Shown here piece by piece: positions 1 to 8,938 of a DNA stretch of 64,000 nucleotides; position 1 is the first letter of the stretch, and each line of letters begins with the position of its first letter. A model generated the notes under the pieces. That model was given only the letters and a program-made list of their open reading frames with translations, had not been told where the DNA came from and searched no databases. The stretch comes from Bradymonadia bacterium. Its GTDB lineage: Bacteria > Myxococcota_A > Bradymonadia > UBA7976 > UBA1532. Where the stretch lies: NCBI GenBank assembly GCA_046290225.1, contig JBKAGE010000050.1, forward strand, positions 16,383 to 80,382. The letters are read 5' to 3'. The translations under genes and the position numbers were made by a program.

Positions 1-72
1 GTGCACGAGTCGATGGAGCGTCTCGGCCTTCTGGCCCTTGACGGCTTTCGACTGCACTGCGGCGACGTTCAT
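1..72 (-). CDS. 5' fragment of a probable carbon-nitrogen hydrolase (nitrilase family), running off the window edge
   Basis: Minus strand from ATG at 72 reads MNVAAVQSKAVKGQKAETLHRLVH, resembling the MxVAAVQ...GDxxxNL start of CN hydrolases. Only 24 codons are visible. Confidence 0.45.
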   Translation of the reverse strand, partial: MNVAAVQSKAVKGQKAETLHRLVH

Positions 73-209
73 GAGCGGTCTTTCACGAGGAGGAGGCTTG
101 GGTGAGTATGCCAGCGGGCTGATGGGGTTGCCTACCCATAACGCGCCAGCGTCCCTCGCAAGCCGCGCTGACATGTACCTCTCCGTGGGAGTCGCGCTAG
201 ACTCCCGCC

Positions 210-1292
210 ATGCAGACTCGACTCCAGGCCCCTCAGACCAAAGGCCACACCTCCGTCGCCCGTGTCACCGACGCGTGGTACGTCATCGCCCCTTCGAAGG
301 CCGTGGGCCGCAAGCCCATCACCGCGCGGCTCATGGGCACCCCCCTCGTGGTGTTTCGCGACGGTGAAGGCACCCCTCGGGCGTTGCTCGATCGATGCCC
401 GCACCGCAACGTGCCGCTCTCTCGAGGCAAGGTGTGCGAGGGCCAGCTTGAGTGCGCCTATCACGGCTGGCGGTTCGACGGCGGGGGCGAATGCCGCCGG
501 GTGCCGGGTCTCAGTGGCCCGCCCGAGTCTCGAGGTCGTCGGGTGCCTGCGTGGCCCGTCATCGAGCAGCAGGGCTTCATCTGGGCGTATGGGCGCCCGC
601 TTGAGCCCGAAGAGACTCCAAAGGGAGAGCCCTATCGGTTCCCTCACGCCGACGATGACGGGTACACCACCGTCAGGCACACCATCGACGCCGAAGGATC
701 AGTGCACGCGGTCATCGAGAACGCCCTCGACGTGCCCCACACCGCCTTCTTGCACCGTGGTTTGTTCAGAGGCGCTGGCGAGCCAAATACCCTTGAGGTG
801 GAGGTGCGCCGCTGGCACGACCGGGTCGAGGCCGAGTACTTCGGTGAGCCGGCGCCAAAGGGCCTCGTGGGGCGGCTGGTGGCTCCGGGATCCAACGGCA
901 CCGTGAAGCACGTCGATCGGTTCCTCATGCCTTCGATCTCAGAGGTGGAGTATCAACTCGGCGAGAAGAGCCACATGGTGGTGTCGTCGGCGTGCACCCC
1001 CATCGACGACTTCTACACCCGGTTGTACGCCGTGGTCAGCTTCAAGCTGCCGTTGCCGGGCTGGCTCGTGGGGGCGCTCATCAAGCCCGTGGCCCTGCGC
1101 ATCTTCAACCAGGACGCCGTGATGCTGAAGGCCCAGACCAAGCACATCCAGACCTTCGGTGGGGAGCAGTTCGTCTCCACGGAGATCGACGCCCTGGGGC
1201 AGAGCATCCTGAAGCTGCTTCGGCAGGCAGAGCGTGGGGTCGTGGAGAAGATGGAGACGCCCGAGACGCGTCGGTTCAACCTGACAATTTAG
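210..1292 (+). CDS. Rieske non-heme iron oxygenase alpha subunit (VanA/KshA-like)
   Basis: Rieske motif CPHR...CAYHGW and mononuclear-iron motif ENALDVPHTAFLH; 360 aa. Confidence 0.9.
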   Translation: MQTRLQAPQTKGHTSVARVTDAWYVIAPSKAVGRKPITARLMGTPLVVFRDGEGTPRALLDRCPHRNVPLSRGKVCEGQLECAYHGWRFDGGGECRRVPGLSGPPESRGRRVPAWPVIEQQGFIWAYGRPLEPEETPKGEPYRFPHADDDGYTTVRHTIDAEGSVHAVIENALDVPHTAFLHRGLFRGAGEPNTLEVEVRRWHDRVEAEYFGEPAPKGLVGRLVAPGSNGTVKHVDRFLMPSISEVEYQLGEKSHMVVSSACTPIDDFYTRLYAVVSFKLPLPGWLVGALIKPVALRIFNQDAVMLKAQTKHIQTFGGEQFVSTEIDALGQSILKLLRQAERGVVEKMETPETRRFNLTI

Positions 1293-1325
1293 TCGTTTGG
1301 GGTTGCTTCAGAGAGCTGGGGATGT

Positions 1326-1873
1326 GTCGGATTGTGCAGTTATGGAGGCAGTGGCTGGGGATTTGTAGGCAGTCATCGCTGCGCTCTGCCTGCGTAGGCG
1401 CCGGGCCTTCGGCACATCTTCGATGCGCCTCGTCTGGCGCGTACACGTTCAGGCACCTGCTGACGCAGGCACCTTCCCGGGTAGGCAGGGTCGCTCAAGG
1501 CTTCGCCTTATTCGCTCGCTCCCCTGCGTAAAGAGCTTCTTCTGTATCTCGTTGCTGAACCCGACGGGATTCGACCTGCCGCGAACCTGCAAGCCTCTGA
1601 GTCTCAACGCTTGGCGTAAGCCCCAATAGCGTCGGAAGTAGCACAAAGTCACACCAGAACTGACTTTTTACGCAGGGGAGCGAGCGAGAAGGGCGAAGCC
1701 CTGAGCGACCCTGCCTACCCGGAGGCCTGCTCGCCTCAGCGAGCGTGCCGACGTGTACGCGGCCGACGAGGCGCATCGAAGATGTGCCGAAGGCCGGCCG
1801 CATACGCAGGCAGAGCGCAGCGATGACTGCCTACAAATCCCCAGCCACTGCCTCCATAACTGCACAATCCGAC
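1326..1873. repeat. Long palindromic REPIN/MITE-like element, family A, copy 1
   Basis: Perfect 71-bp inverted repeat (1326-1396 vs 1803-1873), continuing imperfectly to arms of ~205 bp around a ~130-bp spacer. Contains GTAGGCAG-initiated REP-like units. Homologous to 8292-8786. Confidence 0.9.
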
Positions 1874-1887
1874 TTTGAGTGAGAGCT

Positions 1888-2739
1888 TTAAATACCTTCG
1901 AGCAACATCTCCCGCAGGCTCGACGCCGCTGGGGGCAGGTGCTCCACGCCGCGGTGCACCAGCGACAGTAACCTCGGGATCGGCGTCGCCGGGTGCGCCA
2001 GACGCACTAGGCGCCTCGCGGCCAGATCGTGAGCCACCGCCGCTTCGCTCACCAGCGCCACGCCAATGCCTGCTCTGACGTTGCCCTTCACCGCGGCGAT
2101 GTTGCTCAGCGACATCACCACCTGGGCCTCGGGGAACGTGCTCAGGGCCATCTCTCGGAGCGGTGAGCCTTCGGCGAAAGTCACCATGGGGGCCTGGGCC
2201 ATGGCCTCGGGATCAGTCAACGCCACATAAGGTGAGCCAGGCCCCGCCACCAGGACGAGATCATCCGAACGCCAGCGCTCTACGCCTGGGCCTGTGACCA
2301 CCCCCAGATCGATCTCGCCGGCCTCGAGCAGCTTGAGGATCGTGCCTGTGCTGCACTCCTGAACTTGCAGCGTGATGCCCGGGTGGGCGTTGCGGAACCG
2401 AGCGAGGATCTCCGGCAACAAGTACGTGCAGGCCGTGGCACCCGCCGCGAGGCGCACTGTGCCTGCCACCTGACCGAGCAGCTCCGCCACCGCGCGCTCT
2501 CCATCGGCGAGGGTGGCGTGGATACGCCGTGCATAGGGCAGCAAGGCCTTGCCCGCAGGGGTGAGTCGGGCGCCGCCGCGCAGGCCTCGGCCGCGATGGA
2601 AGAGCCGGGCGCCGAAGTGGCTCTCCAGACGTTGGATCGAGGCCGTGAGGGCTGGCTGGGACAAATGCGCAGCCTCCGCCGCGGCAGTGAAGGTGCCCAG
2701 CGTCTCCACGAGGATCATGTGATAGAGCCCGTCGAGCAT
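1888..2739 (-). CDS. LysR family transcriptional regulator
   Basis: N-terminal HTH FTAAAEAAHLSQPALTASIQRLE and LysR substrate-binding domain; likely start MLDGLY at 2739. Confidence 0.9.
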   Translation of the reverse strand: MLDGLYHMILVETLGTFTAAAEAAHLSQPALTASIQRLESHFGARLFHRGRGLRGGARLTPAGKALLPYARRIHATLADGERAVAELLGQVAGTVRLAAGATACTYLLPEILARFRNAHPGITLQVQECSTGTILKLLEAGEIDLGVVTGPGVERWRSDDLVLVAGPGSPYVALTDPEAMAQAPMVTFAEGSPLREMALSTFPEAQVVMSLSNIAAVKGNVRAGIGVALVSEAAVAHDLAARRLVRLAHPATPIPRLLSLVHRGVEHLPPAASSLREMLLEGI

Positions 2740-2778
2740 CTCAAATATCCGTTGTCGTGATTTTTTAGAGCTAAAAGA

Positions 2779-2791
2779 TTCATTATATGAA
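2779..2791. promoter_or_regulatory. Putative LysR binding site (T-N11-A dyad)
   Basis: TTCATTATATGAA dyad in the AT-rich gap between the divergent LysR and TauE genes. Confidence 0.5.
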
Positions 2792-2841
2792 ATCAATGCT
2801 GATCGGTACCTCTGAGCCACGCATTGCCCAGGAGGACCGCC

Positions 2842-3588
2842 ATGGAAGCGCTCAACAGCAGCGGCGTCGAGCTCGCCATTCACCTTGCCCTGAGCGGCGC
2901 CCTTGGGGTGCTCGCCGGGCTCATCACCACCGTGGCCGGGATGGGGGGCGGGCTGATGCTCGTCACCGCCCTCGCGGTCTTCTGGGGCCCCAGCGAGGCC
3001 CTCGCCGCGACGGCCCTGGCGCTGTGGGTGGGCAATCTGCACCGCGTGCTCCTCTTCCGACGCTCGGTGAGCTGGCCCGTCGCTCGAGCGTGGGTCCTCG
3101 GCGCGTTTCCTGGGGCCATCATCGGGGGGCTATTGGTGGTGAACATGTCCGAGGGCTTCATCCGGGCCTGTATCCTGACCCTCACGGTGCTGGCCCTCAC
3201 CCGCGTGGCGGGGTGGTGGTCCTGGCAGCCGCCCGCCTGGGCGCTCACCCCAGCAGGCCTCGGGGTGGGGACGCTGTGTGGGGCCTCAGGTGGGGCAGGG
3301 GTGCTCTCGGGGCCGTTGCTGATGGCCTCCGGGCTTTCTGGCGCCGCCTATGTGGCCACCAACGCTGTAGGATCAGTGGCCATGCACACGGGGCGCATCG
3401 GGGCTTACGCCTCGGGTGGGATGTTCCCGACGATGGTCTTGTGGTCGGGGATCACGCTGGCGGTGTGCATCACCCTCGGGAACCTGCTCGGAGTACGGGT
3501 CAGGGCGTGGTTAGGCGTGCAGAAGAACACGCGGGTCGAGGTGGGGGTGCTCTCTGGGTGTGTGGCGCTGGCTGTTCTCGGGTTTTGA
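2842..3588 (+). CDS. Sulfite exporter TauE/SafE (TSUP) family membrane protein
   Basis: Multiple hydrophobic helices, AGMGGG motif, GGAGG RBS before ATG 2842, divergent LysR. Confidence 0.8.
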   Translation: MEALNSSGVELAIHLALSGALGVLAGLITTVAGMGGGLMLVTALAVFWGPSEALAATALALWVGNLHRVLLFRRSVSWPVARAWVLGAFPGAIIGGLLVVNMSEGFIRACILTLTVLALTRVAGWWSWQPPAWALTPAGLGVGTLCGASGGAGVLSGPLLMASGLSGAAYVATNAVGSVAMHTGRIGAYASGGMFPTMVLWSGITLAVCITLGNLLGVRVRAWLGVQKNTRVEVGVLSGCVALAVLGF

Positions 3589-3607
3589 GTGATGGGGCAG
3601 GGCAGTG

Positions 3608-4066
3608 CTACTGCCCCGGACCCTGAATGGCCTTCATCACCGCCGGCGTCGCCTCGTTCGGAATCGGGAACGACAGCACGTACTGCGCGATCCGCCAGTG
3701 TCCGCTCTCGATGACCAGTACCCCGCTCCCCCGTGCTTCACCATATTTTGCGTTGTGTAGACGCTCGTAAAACCAGGCCGTCTTGCCATCGGGCCCCAGG
3801 TGCACGTGTCGCTCTTTCGGGGTGTACGTCCAGCCTTTGCCCTTCGAAAAATGGGGCTCCGCGTAAGCCTTGAACGCCGCCACCGTCCAGCGTTCCTCCG
3901 GATCGGTCCCGATGAAGATGCCGCCCTCGGCGAAGTGGCCGAAGTAGCGTGGCCCGTCGGCCTTGGACGCCGCGTCGTGAAAGTCGTCGAGGACCGAGAT
4001 GATGGCCTGCTCTGCAGGCACTTGAGTGTTCAGGATCGGCAGGAGTGCGAGGAGCAGCGTGAGCAT
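3608..4066 (-). CDS. Secreted NTF2/SnoaL-like domain protein
   Basis: Signal peptide; LDDFHDAASKAD...FIGTDPEERW...RGSGVL...WRIAQYVLS pattern. Confidence 0.8.
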   Translation of the reverse strand: MLTLLLALLPILNTQVPAEQAIISVLDDFHDAASKADGPRYFGHFAEGGIFIGTDPEERWTVAAFKAYAEPHFSKGKGWTYTPKERHVHLGPDGKTAWFYERLHNAKYGEARGSGVLVIESGHWRIAQYVLSFPIPNEATPAVMKAIQGPGQ

Positions 4067-4093
4067 GAGTGTTCCATTTCAGTCAGCGGCATT

Positions 4094-4774
4094 TCAGTCG
4101 GCGGGCAGGGCCTTGCAGAGTGGGCACTCCGAGGGGATACAGCGGGCGTCGTCGCGGTGTTTGGCCAGCAGACGACGCGAGGCACGGGCCAGCTTCTGGC
4201 GCACCTCTCGTCGCATGCCCTTCACTCGAGGAATCATCAGGTTGTCGTAGGCCGTGGTCTGGTGTCGCATCCAGGCGATGACCGCAGCCTCCACACGCGC
4301 CTCGAGGGGGATCCGCTGGGTGCGGGCCACCGTGCCGCTGCCCACAGGGGTGGCGTGCTCGGCGATGGCCTTCGCCATACGTTGCGCGAGGGGTGCGTAG
4401 TGATCATTGAAGTCGAGCCACTTCAGTACCGCGCGCTCGAAAGTCTGCACATAGGCCACCTGCTCGCGTTGGCGCCGAGCGGTGTCTGATGCCCGCTTTC
4501 TGGCATATGCCGGGCTGGCCCGCTCCGTCTCCAGGGCCTTTTGAATGCGGGCCACGTTCTCTTGAGGTGCCCACAGGCCCCGGGAGAACGTCTTGCGGCC
4601 CTTCTTCTCCTGCACGGTCCAGCTGGGGCCCGTCGTCTTCAGGCGACGCGTCAGCGCAGGATCCCCGGGTTTCACCAGCACCCAGCCCTCCGGGGGCCGG
4701 GTCACCTTGCCGTCGGGCCCACGCACGAAGCGCGGATCGGGGACGGTGGTCACAATGACTGTTTCGTGTTTCAT
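4094..4774 (-). CDS. DUF2293 domain-containing protein
   Basis: HATPVGSGTVART and AVIAWMRHQTTAYD motifs. Confidence 0.8.
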   Translation of the reverse strand: MKHETVIVTTVPDPRFVRGPDGKVTRPPEGWVLVKPGDPALTRRLKTTGPSWTVQEKKGRKTFSRGLWAPQENVARIQKALETERASPAYARKRASDTARRQREQVAYVQTFERAVLKWLDFNDHYAPLAQRMAKAIAEHATPVGSGTVARTQRIPLEARVEAAVIAWMRHQTTAYDNLMIPRVKGMRREVRQKLARASRRLLAKHRDDARCIPSECPLCKALPAD

Positions 4775-4828
4775 GGCTGGAGAGTCTGCGCCCCTCGACT
4801 GTGAGGGTCAAATCCGTCAGAAGAGGCC

Positions 4829-5293
4829 ATGGGCCAACCACAACGTATCGCGATCATCCTCGGCTGTCCTCCAGGGCGAGCCCTCGCTCGGCGGGTCGAC
4901 CGAGCTGTTGCACTGTGGCGTGAGGGGCAGGTGAGCCAGGTCGTGTGTACTGGTAAAGGCGAGAGCCCCTGGGCGCGCCGGCGCCTGATCGCCAGCGGAG
5001 TACCCGGTTCGGTGATCATCACCGAGGAGGCATCCACCAGCACGTGGAGCAACCTGCGGGCCGTGGTGCAAATGAAGGAGCTCGCGGTGGTCGGCGACGG
5101 GGTGATCGTGCTGATCAGCGATCCATGGCATCTGCACCGCGCCCTGGCCATGGCCCGGCGGCTCCGGCTCGTGGCCGAGGCCGCGCCCACCGCGCCTCAG
5201 CTGAGTCGTCAAACGCTGAGCCGGCAGCTGGCCAGAGAGGGGGCGGCGTGGCTCAAGGCGATGTGGCGCGGTCAGGTCAAGTGGTCTCGCTGA
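4829..5293 (+). CDS. YdcF/DUF218 family protein
   Basis: IIILG...RRVDRAV, EEASTSTWSN and ISDPWHLHRA motifs. Confidence 0.75.
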   Translation: MGQPQRIAIILGCPPGRALARRVDRAVALWREGQVSQVVCTGKGESPWARRRLIASGVPGSVIITEEASTSTWSNLRAVVQMKELAVVGDGVIVLISDPWHLHRALAMARRLRLVAEAAPTAPQLSRQTLSRQLAREGAAWLKAMWRGQVKWSR

Positions 5294-6380
5294 TGTGATC
5301 TCGGGCTGAGAGGGCCTGCTCCACCACGGCGAGGCCCCGCTCCACCACCACGTGTCGCCATGAAGGGTCTCGAGGGATGAAGGCCTCCCTGAGCTGCCCT
5401 TTGGCGGCCTTGCGGCGACGATCCTCGGCGCTGCAGTGGTGGTGAGCCCTGTTCTCGGCCCGCAGCGCCTTGAGGACCTTGAGAGAGGGCACGGTGCCGA
5501 ATTCAGCGGTGATGACATCGTAGTTGGCTTCTGGGACCCGCTGTTGACACCAAGTGCCCATGCCCCCCCGGATCGCGTACGACACGCCCCCCGTGTCCCA
5601 TGGCTGGATCACCTGCTCGCCGAAGAGATCGGCCATCCATCGAGCCCGCGGATGATCAGCGGCGCGATCGACGATGAGGGCATAGGTGCCCGAAGAGCCC
5701 AGTCCGGTGTGAAAGTCCACGTGCAGGACCTCGGGGGCGCCACCGATCCACCCAGGCAGCTCGGCGTCGAGCAGGCCCACGAGATCAGAGGGGCCGTCAC
5801 CCCCAAAGAAGAGCCCGAGGGGGAAGTCATATTGCCCGCTGGCCACCGCCTCTTTGAGGGCGCTGTATCCCCGGCGGGCGATCTGCGCCCCGGCGCGCAA
5901 CATGAAGAATTCGAAGGCTTTCGGGGGAGATGGGGGGTTGAGCAGCCTGTCGAGAGCGCCATAGGCCTCCGGGCTCCCTGTGTACGCTTCCCCCGGGTGC
6001 AGGAAGTTCCGGTTGAGATCGATGTTGTGCTCGTTCACCCGCCTGATCCACGCAAAGCCGTAGGGGTTCAGGGCGTGGATGAGCACCTGTCTGACCCCGG
6101 GGATGGGGGCCAGGGGCTGATGCAGCAGCGCGAGCTGCACCGCAGAGCCGAAGTACCCTTCGATCCCATGGAGACCGCTGCTCACCACCACAGTGAGCTT
6201 CGGGGGCTTGCCGTCTGGCGGCGGCAGGATGGCGACGTCGAGGGTGAGTGGGGTGCCATCAGGTCCAATGCCACCGAGCGGGTGACTCGCCTGAGTGAGG
6301 CCAGCAGCACGAGCGGCCTCGACGAAGCGGCGCCGGGCGGTCACATAATCATCGCTGAAGAAGGCGGGGAGATCCGTCAT
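5277..6380 (-). CDS. M14-like metallopeptidase (DUF2817)
   Basis: SGLHGIEG, HALNPYGF, DLNRNF and VDFHTGLG zinc-carboxypeptidase-like motifs. Confidence 0.85.
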   Translation of the reverse strand: MTDLPAFFSDDYVTARRRFVEAARAAGLTQASHPLGGIGPDGTPLTLDVAILPPPDGKPPKLTVVVSSGLHGIEGYFGSAVQLALLHQPLAPIPGVRQVLIHALNPYGFAWIRRVNEHNIDLNRNFLHPGEAYTGSPEAYGALDRLLNPPSPPKAFEFFMLRAGAQIARRGYSALKEAVASGQYDFPLGLFFGGDGPSDLVGLLDAELPGWIGGAPEVLHVDFHTGLGSSGTYALIVDRAADHPRARWMADLFGEQVIQPWDTGGVSYAIRGGMGTWCQQRVPEANYDVITAEFGTVPSLKVLKALRAENRAHHHCSAEDRRRKAAKGQLREAFIPRDPSWRHVVVERGLAVVEQALSARDHISETT

Positions 6381-6381
6381 G

Positions 6382-8208
6382 TCATTGCTGCCGATTCAGG
6401 GCGAGGGCGGCGTTGATCACACCAAGATGACTGAAGGCCTGAGGGAAGTTCCCCAAGGCTGCACCTGTCGCGGGGTCGACCTCTTCAGCGAGGAGGCCTA
6501 CGGCGTTGGCACAGCCCAGGTGCGCCTCGAAGATCTGCGCGGCCTGCTCTGTACGGCCCATGAGGGCAAGGGCTTCCACGAGCCAGAACCCGCACAACAA
6601 GAAAGCCCCTTCGGCACCTCCGACGCCGTCATCGTGGCGGCTGCGGTAGCGATGGATGAAGTGACCCTCGCTCAAGGTGCTCTGCAGCCACTCCACCGTA
6701 GCCACCACCCGCGCGTCATCTGGTGGCAGGAAGCCGATGATGGGCAACAGCAACAGCGCGCCGTCGGGCTCTGCTTCGCCGTAAGCGTTCACGAAGTGCG
6801 TCCCTGTGGGATCGAGGCCTCGGGTGCACACGTCCACGTGTACCGCGTCGGCCTGAGCACGCCAGCGAGCGCGCGCTTCGGAGAGGCCTCTGCGCGCTGC
6901 CAGTGTGGCCCCTCGATCAAAAGCCATCCAGCACATCAGCTTGGAGTGCACATTGTGGCGTTTGCCGGTCCGCGGCTCCCAGATGCCGTGATCGGGCTGT
7001 TGCCAGCGCCCCTCAGCTTGAGCGAGCACGCTGGAGAGCCAGGCCCACTCGGCATCGTCGAGCACTGGGGCGTCGTCGCCTCTCAGAGCGCCCACCCCTT
7101 CGACGTAGGCCCAGACCATGTCGAGCACTGGGCCATAGATGTCGTGCTGCACCTGATCTCGGGCGCCATTGCCTACCCGCACAGGCTTCGACCCATGACA
7201 GCCCGCGAGGTGGTCGAGGGCCTCTTCTTCTGGCACCGGTCCGCCATGGATCGTGCACATCAAAGGCAGATCTCCCGTGGGGAAGTGGTGCATCAAGAAT
7301 CGCAGGAACCGGTGGGCATCGTTCAAGCCCCCAGCGCGGGCCAGGGCGGTGAAGGCCAGCGAGGCGTCGCGGACCCAGGTGTAACGATAGTCCCAGTTCC
7401 TCACCCCGCCGATCCACTCCGGGAGCGAGGTGGTCGGGGCGGCCACCATGGCCCCGGTGGGAGCGTAGATCAGCAGCTTGAGCACATTGGCAGAGCGCCA
7501 GATCTCATTGTGCCACGGATGATCTTCACTGAACGGCAACACCGAGACCTGAGGGTGAACCGAGTCAACACCGCGATCTTCGAAGGTCTTTGCCGAGAGG
7601 CTGTTCAAATCGCCCATGCGCTCACCCCACTCGAGGCGCAGCGACACAGGGCGTTGGGTGGCGCTCAAGGTGAACGTGCGTCGCCACATGCCGTCGGGGC
7701 CAGCCACCCATTCACCTTTGCCCGCACATTTCACTCGGACCTGCGAGGGCGGCCGTCCAGGACGATTGAACACGAGGTGGTTGCTCTTGAGCTCACCCGT
7801 GAGGGGCCGCTCACCCATGCCCGCAGCGGGCCGGGCCTCGATCTCCACGGTCACAGTGCCTTCGAGGCAGACGAGCCGGCGTGTCAGGCTGCCCGCAAAT
7901 GACAGATTGCGCCCGCGATCAGGCATGAAGTCGGTGATTTCGAGCACACCACCTTCGCCGGTGAGTGTGGTGAGCAGCGTGTTGCTGTGATCGAGGTAGG
8001 CCTGGCTGCCTGTGTAGGGCCCTTCGAGACGCACAGACAGGTGCCCGCCGCCCTCGGGGTCGAGCATCCCGGAGAATGGCCCGGGGGTGTCGAATCGCGG
8101 TAAACAGGCCCAGTCGATGGTCCCGTCCCGACGCACGAGCATTGTGGTGTGACCGTTGCCGATGAGGGCGCGATCGTCGATGGGCGGCTCGGAGTGGGGG
8201 GCGTGCAT
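6382..8208 (-). CDS. Glycoside hydrolase family 15 (trehalase/glucoamylase-like)
   Basis: AAPTTSLPE.IGGVRNWDYRYTWVRD, GIWE and LGNFPQAFSH motifs; start placed at MHAPH (8208). Confidence 0.92.
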   Translation of the reverse strand: MHAPHSEPPIDDRALIGNGHTTMLVRRDGTIDWACLPRFDTPGPFSGMLDPEGGGHLSVRLEGPYTGSQAYLDHSNTLLTTLTGEGGVLEITDFMPDRGRNLSFAGSLTRRLVCLEGTVTVEIEARPAAGMGERPLTGELKSNHLVFNRPGRPPSQVRVKCAGKGEWVAGPDGMWRRTFTLSATQRPVSLRLEWGERMGDLNSLSAKTFEDRGVDSVHPQVSVLPFSEDHPWHNEIWRSANVLKLLIYAPTGAMVAAPTTSLPEWIGGVRNWDYRYTWVRDASLAFTALARAGGLNDAHRFLRFLMHHFPTGDLPLMCTIHGGPVPEEEALDHLAGCHGSKPVRVGNGARDQVQHDIYGPVLDMVWAYVEGVGALRGDDAPVLDDAEWAWLSSVLAQAEGRWQQPDHGIWEPRTGKRHNVHSKLMCWMAFDRGATLAARRGLSEARARWRAQADAVHVDVCTRGLDPTGTHFVNAYGEAEPDGALLLLPIIGFLPPDDARVVATVEWLQSTLSEGHFIHRYRSRHDDGVGGAEGAFLLCGFWLVEALALMGRTEQAAQIFEAHLGCANAVGLLAEEVDPATGAALGNFPQAFSHLGVINAALALNRQQ

Positions 8209-8291
8209 GTGGGGAGTGAAGCTCAAGGCGACTGCACTGGCAAGTGACTCGAGAGCTGGCCAAGAGTTGTATTGGGTTGTTGCGGAGTTTT

Positions 8292-8786
8292 GGGCTGAGC
8301 CTTTGTAGGCAGTCGTCGCTGCGCTCCGCCTGCGTAGGCGCCGGGCCTTCGGCACATCTTCGATGCGCCTCGTCTGGCGCGTACACGTTCGGGCATCCGC
8401 TTACGCGGAACCCCTCCGGGTAGGCAGGGTCGCTCAAGGCTTTGCCTTATTTGCTCGCTCCCCTGCGTAAAGAGCTTCTTCTGTATCTCGTTGCTGATGC
8501 CTGCTGGGATTCGACCTACCGCAAACGTGTAAGCCCCTGTGTCCCAACGCTGGGCGAAAGCCCCAACAACATTGGGGGTGCCCTCAAAGCCGCACCAGAA
8601 CTGACTTTTTACGCAGGGGAGCGAGCGAATAGGGCAAAGCCCTGAGCGACCCTGCCTACCCGGAGGCCTGCTCGCGTCAGCGAGCGTGCCGACGTGTACG
8701 CAGCTCCAAGGCGGGCCGAAGGCCAGCCGTCGGCAGCTGCCTACGCAGGCGGAGCGCAGCGATGACTGCCTACAAAGGCTCAGCCC
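8292..8786. repeat. Long palindromic REPIN/MITE-like element, family A, copy 2
   Basis: Ends GGGCTGAGCCTTTGTAGGCAGTC...GACTGCCTACAAAGGCTCAGCCC; arms and spacer align with 1326-1873 in the same orientation. Confidence 0.9.
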
Positions 8787-8938
8787 CAACCCTTGGGCTG
8801 CCCTATTCGATTTCCTGGCCAGAACTCTAAATCGACGCCAGGTCAGATTCGCGGTGCATTTGACGCAACCTCGTGCGTCCGGGGTAGCCTCCGGAATCTC
8901 TGAATCATGAAACAGGCAACGGAAAGGGCACCTTCATC

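Noticed and set aside
1555..1600. tRNA-like GGTCGAATCCC on the minus strand of the family A spacer
   Set aside because: No cloverleaf, acceptor stem or anticodon arm can be built.
1423..1865. Short ORFs within family A palindromes (also 7919-8910)
   Set aside because: Similar peptides appear on both strands because of the palindrome; frames are not conserved between copies and there is no RBS.
6379..7902. Long antisense ORFs (also 12940-14718, 36936-38168, 51598-52641, 54443-55933)
   Set aside because: Shadow frames opposite well-supported genes, expected in high-GC DNA; no recognisable motifs.
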